From an uncultured delta proteobacterium (GTDB lineage Bacteria; Desulfobacterota; Desulfomonilia; UBA1062): a DNA stretch of 64,000 nucleotides. Numbering within the stretch: position 1 is the stretch's first letter; each line of letters begins with the position of its first letter. The notes below the pieces were generated by a model. That model was not told where the DNA came from, made no database searches, and was given only the letters and a program-made list of their open reading frames with translations. This document shows positions 62,235 through 64,000 of the stretch, one piece after another. A program made the translations under genes and the position numbers. Where the stretch lies: NCBI GenBank assembly GCA_963785235.1, contig CAWAUM010000005.1:192001-256000 (forward strand). Reading direction: 5' to 3'.

Positions 62235-64000
62235 ATGAAGCCATTAAGAGTATGTTTATGGATTGGGATTTCTTTGATCGTCTTGATGAGCAGTGCATGT
62301 ATCTTTGGAAATGTTACTGTCACCCTCCTGCAGACCTCTGATGTCCACAACCATGCCACTGGGTATGGACCATCTCTCGATTACACACCCTTGGAAACCA
62401 CGGATAAAGACACGGTCCTCGGGGGATATTCGAGGTTGGCGGCCATCATAAACAAGATACGCAAGGAGCAGGCTTCAAAAAAGATACCGGTGCTGCTCTT
62501 CGATTCCGGTGATTTCTTCATGGGAACCGTGTACGACCTCACAGCAAGCGATCCCATCGCGCTCAAGTTTTTCAGCATGATGGGATATAATGCAGTCACC
62601 CTGGGAAATCATGAGTTCGACTGGTCACCCTCCGGATTGGCGTTGCTCCTGTCCAACGGGGTAAAGGGAGGGTTCGAGGTTCCGGTCGTAGCGAGCAACA
62701 TGATAGTCCCTGAAGGCAACGTTCTGCAGGGCCTTGTGAACGCAGGCACTATCGTAAACAAGAAGGTCATCGAGTTCCCGTACGGGGGAAAGGTCGGGAT
62801 ATTAGGCCTCATGGGCAAAGATTCGGACACAAAGGCTCCGGTGGCAAAACCGGTGACCTTCAACCATGATTATACCGCGATCCAGCAGCAGGTGAACGAC
62901 CTGAGGACCAAAGACTGCGCCCAGATGGTAATCGTCCTGTCCCACGGCGGGGTAGAGCAGGACGGTACCGGAGAAGATGCCGACCTGGCAGCCAACGTCA
63001 AAGGCATTGACGTAATCTGCTCAGGGCATTTCCATACGGCAACTCAAAACGCCTTAATCAAGGGTCCATCCAATACGATCATCTTCTCACCCGGCGAATA
63101 CGGGGAACATGTCAGCAGGCTGGACGTCACCTACAATATCTTCCTTCGCAAGGTCGTGGATTACAAATTCACCCTCATCCCGGTAGACGACAAGGTAAAG
63201 GGTGACGCTACCGTTCAGGCCATGGTGGATCAGTACAACGCAGGGATAAATGCACAGCTGAATGCAGTTAATCTGCCTTCACTGGAAGATCCAATCTCCA
63301 GCACCACCTTTGCCCTGGAAAAGGCCTCGTTAAAGGTGACCGGCATCGGGAGCCTCGCTGCAGATTCGCTGCGTGCCGTTGCCAACAATCTGAAAGTGTT
63401 GAACGACGGGAATCCCTATCAAATAGGGATAGTCGCGAGCGGTGTCATCAGGGACGACATCTACCCCGGGAATACGGGGGCAATAACCTTCTCGGATATC
63501 TATAACATGCTTCCACTGGGCATCTCTCCCAACGACCAATCCGTGCCCGGTTATCCGCTCATGTCGGTCTATGCAACAGGGAAAGACATATATACCCTCT
63601 GCGAAGTCGGGCTCTCTCTCTCCCAGATGATAGGTTCGGATTACTATCTGAATTTTTCTGGGCTCAAGATTGATTATGATCCGTTGCAGGCGATGACCTT
63701 CTCCGGGGTGCAGGAGGTCTATGTATATAATCCTGCAGATACCTTCTGCATGGGGCCGTCAACCCTTATCGATCCGTATGATCCCGATACGTTATACCAT
63801 ATCGTGGTAGACCTCTACGCGCTGCAGATGCTGTATGTGGTAAACAATTACGGGTTTAACATCACCCCGGTCAATGTCTCATACATTGACAGAGATCCCG
63901 CTTCCGGGGTGCAGGAAATCAAGGAATGGATGGCTCCACTTAATTTCCTCCCTGCATTGGGGGTGGGGGGCGTTCCGGCTGGTGTTTACGGTCCGAACGG
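62235..64000 (+). CDS. Bifunctional metallophosphatase/5'-nucleotidase lipoprotein (3' partial; absent from ORF track)
   Basis: RBS GAGGAGG, MKPLRVCLWIG...SSAC lipobox, TSDVH, DSGDFFMG, LGNHEFD, LSHGG, SGHFH; the end of the window is in the same frame. Confidence 0.9.
   Translation, partial: MKPLRVCLWIGISLIVLMSSACIFGNVTVTLLQTSDVHNHATGYGPSLDYTPLETTDKDTVLGGYSRLAAIINKIRKEQASKKIPVLLFDSGDFFMGTVYDLTASDPIALKFFSMMGYNAVTLGNHEFDWSPSGLALLLSNGVKGGFEVPVVASNMIVPEGNVLQGLVNAGTIVNKKVIEFPYGGKVGILGLMGKDSDTKAPVAKPVTFNHDYTAIQQQVNDLRTKDCAQMVIVLSHGGVEQDGTGEDADLAANVKGIDVICSGHFHTATQNALIKGPSNTIIFSPGEYGEHVSRLDVTYNIFLRKVVDYKFTLIPVDDKVKGDATVQAMVDQYNAGINAQLNAVNLPSLEDPISSTTFALEKASLKVTGIGSLAADSLRAVANNLKVLNDGNPYQIGIVASGVIRDDIYPGNTGAITFSDIYNMLPLGISPNDQSVPGYPLMSVYATGKDIYTLCEVGLSLSQMIGSDYYLNFSGLKIDYDPLQAMTFSGVQEVYVYNPADTFCMGPSTLIDPYDPDTLYHIVVDLYALQMLYVVNNYGFNITPVNVSYIDRDPASGVQEIKEWMAPLNFLPALGVGGVPAGVYGPN

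Noticed and set aside
61925-62341. 138-aa ORF in the track
   Set aside because: AT-rich, motif-free, and overlaps out of frame the real 5'-nucleotidase start at 62235.

Overview
Ordinary chromosomal DNA. Gene content and order suggest an anaerobic deltaproteobacterium of the Desulfobacterota type (inference). I found no rRNA, tRNA, CRISPR array or transposase. In order, the window holds: (1) an ilvB-ilvH-ilvC-psd-pssA-leuC-leuD operon; (2) an AT-rich patch with an Fn3 protein, an orphan KaiB, an unannotated 23-aa Cys-rich peptide with its own sigma54-like promoter, RBS and terminator, and a two-gene HMG-CoA reductase + DUF2156 operon; (3) a degenerate Asd-like gene, ecfT, a receiver protein, a Sel1 protein, rnhA, two PilZ proteins, dinB and a hydrolase; (4) a TetR-associated amine-catabolism cluster (ald, amidohydrolase, two class-III aminotransferases with reciprocal active-site losses, StyC-like membrane protein) sharing a 16-bp operator, with a divergent glycerate kinase; (5) a candidate sRNA, a C69 peptidase, a GldAFG/DUF4340 module and two paralogous lipoproteins; (6) glgX, a CBM48 protein, slyX, an Fe-ADH and a PAS-only protein; (7) a TatT lipoprotein leading an Opp/Dpp-type ABC operon, divergent from FadR-glpD-alkyl-DHAP synthase; (8) tamB, a BamA/TamA-family gene and a partial 5'-nucleotidase. 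Four genes carry single-base frameshifts that are probably assembly errors. The best novelty candidates are the putative obligate heterodimeric aminotransferase, the TatT + ABC + GlpD/AGPS lipid locus, the HMGR-DUF2156 operon and the Cys-rich micro-protein. All family calls come from motif recognition by eye; no searches were run.
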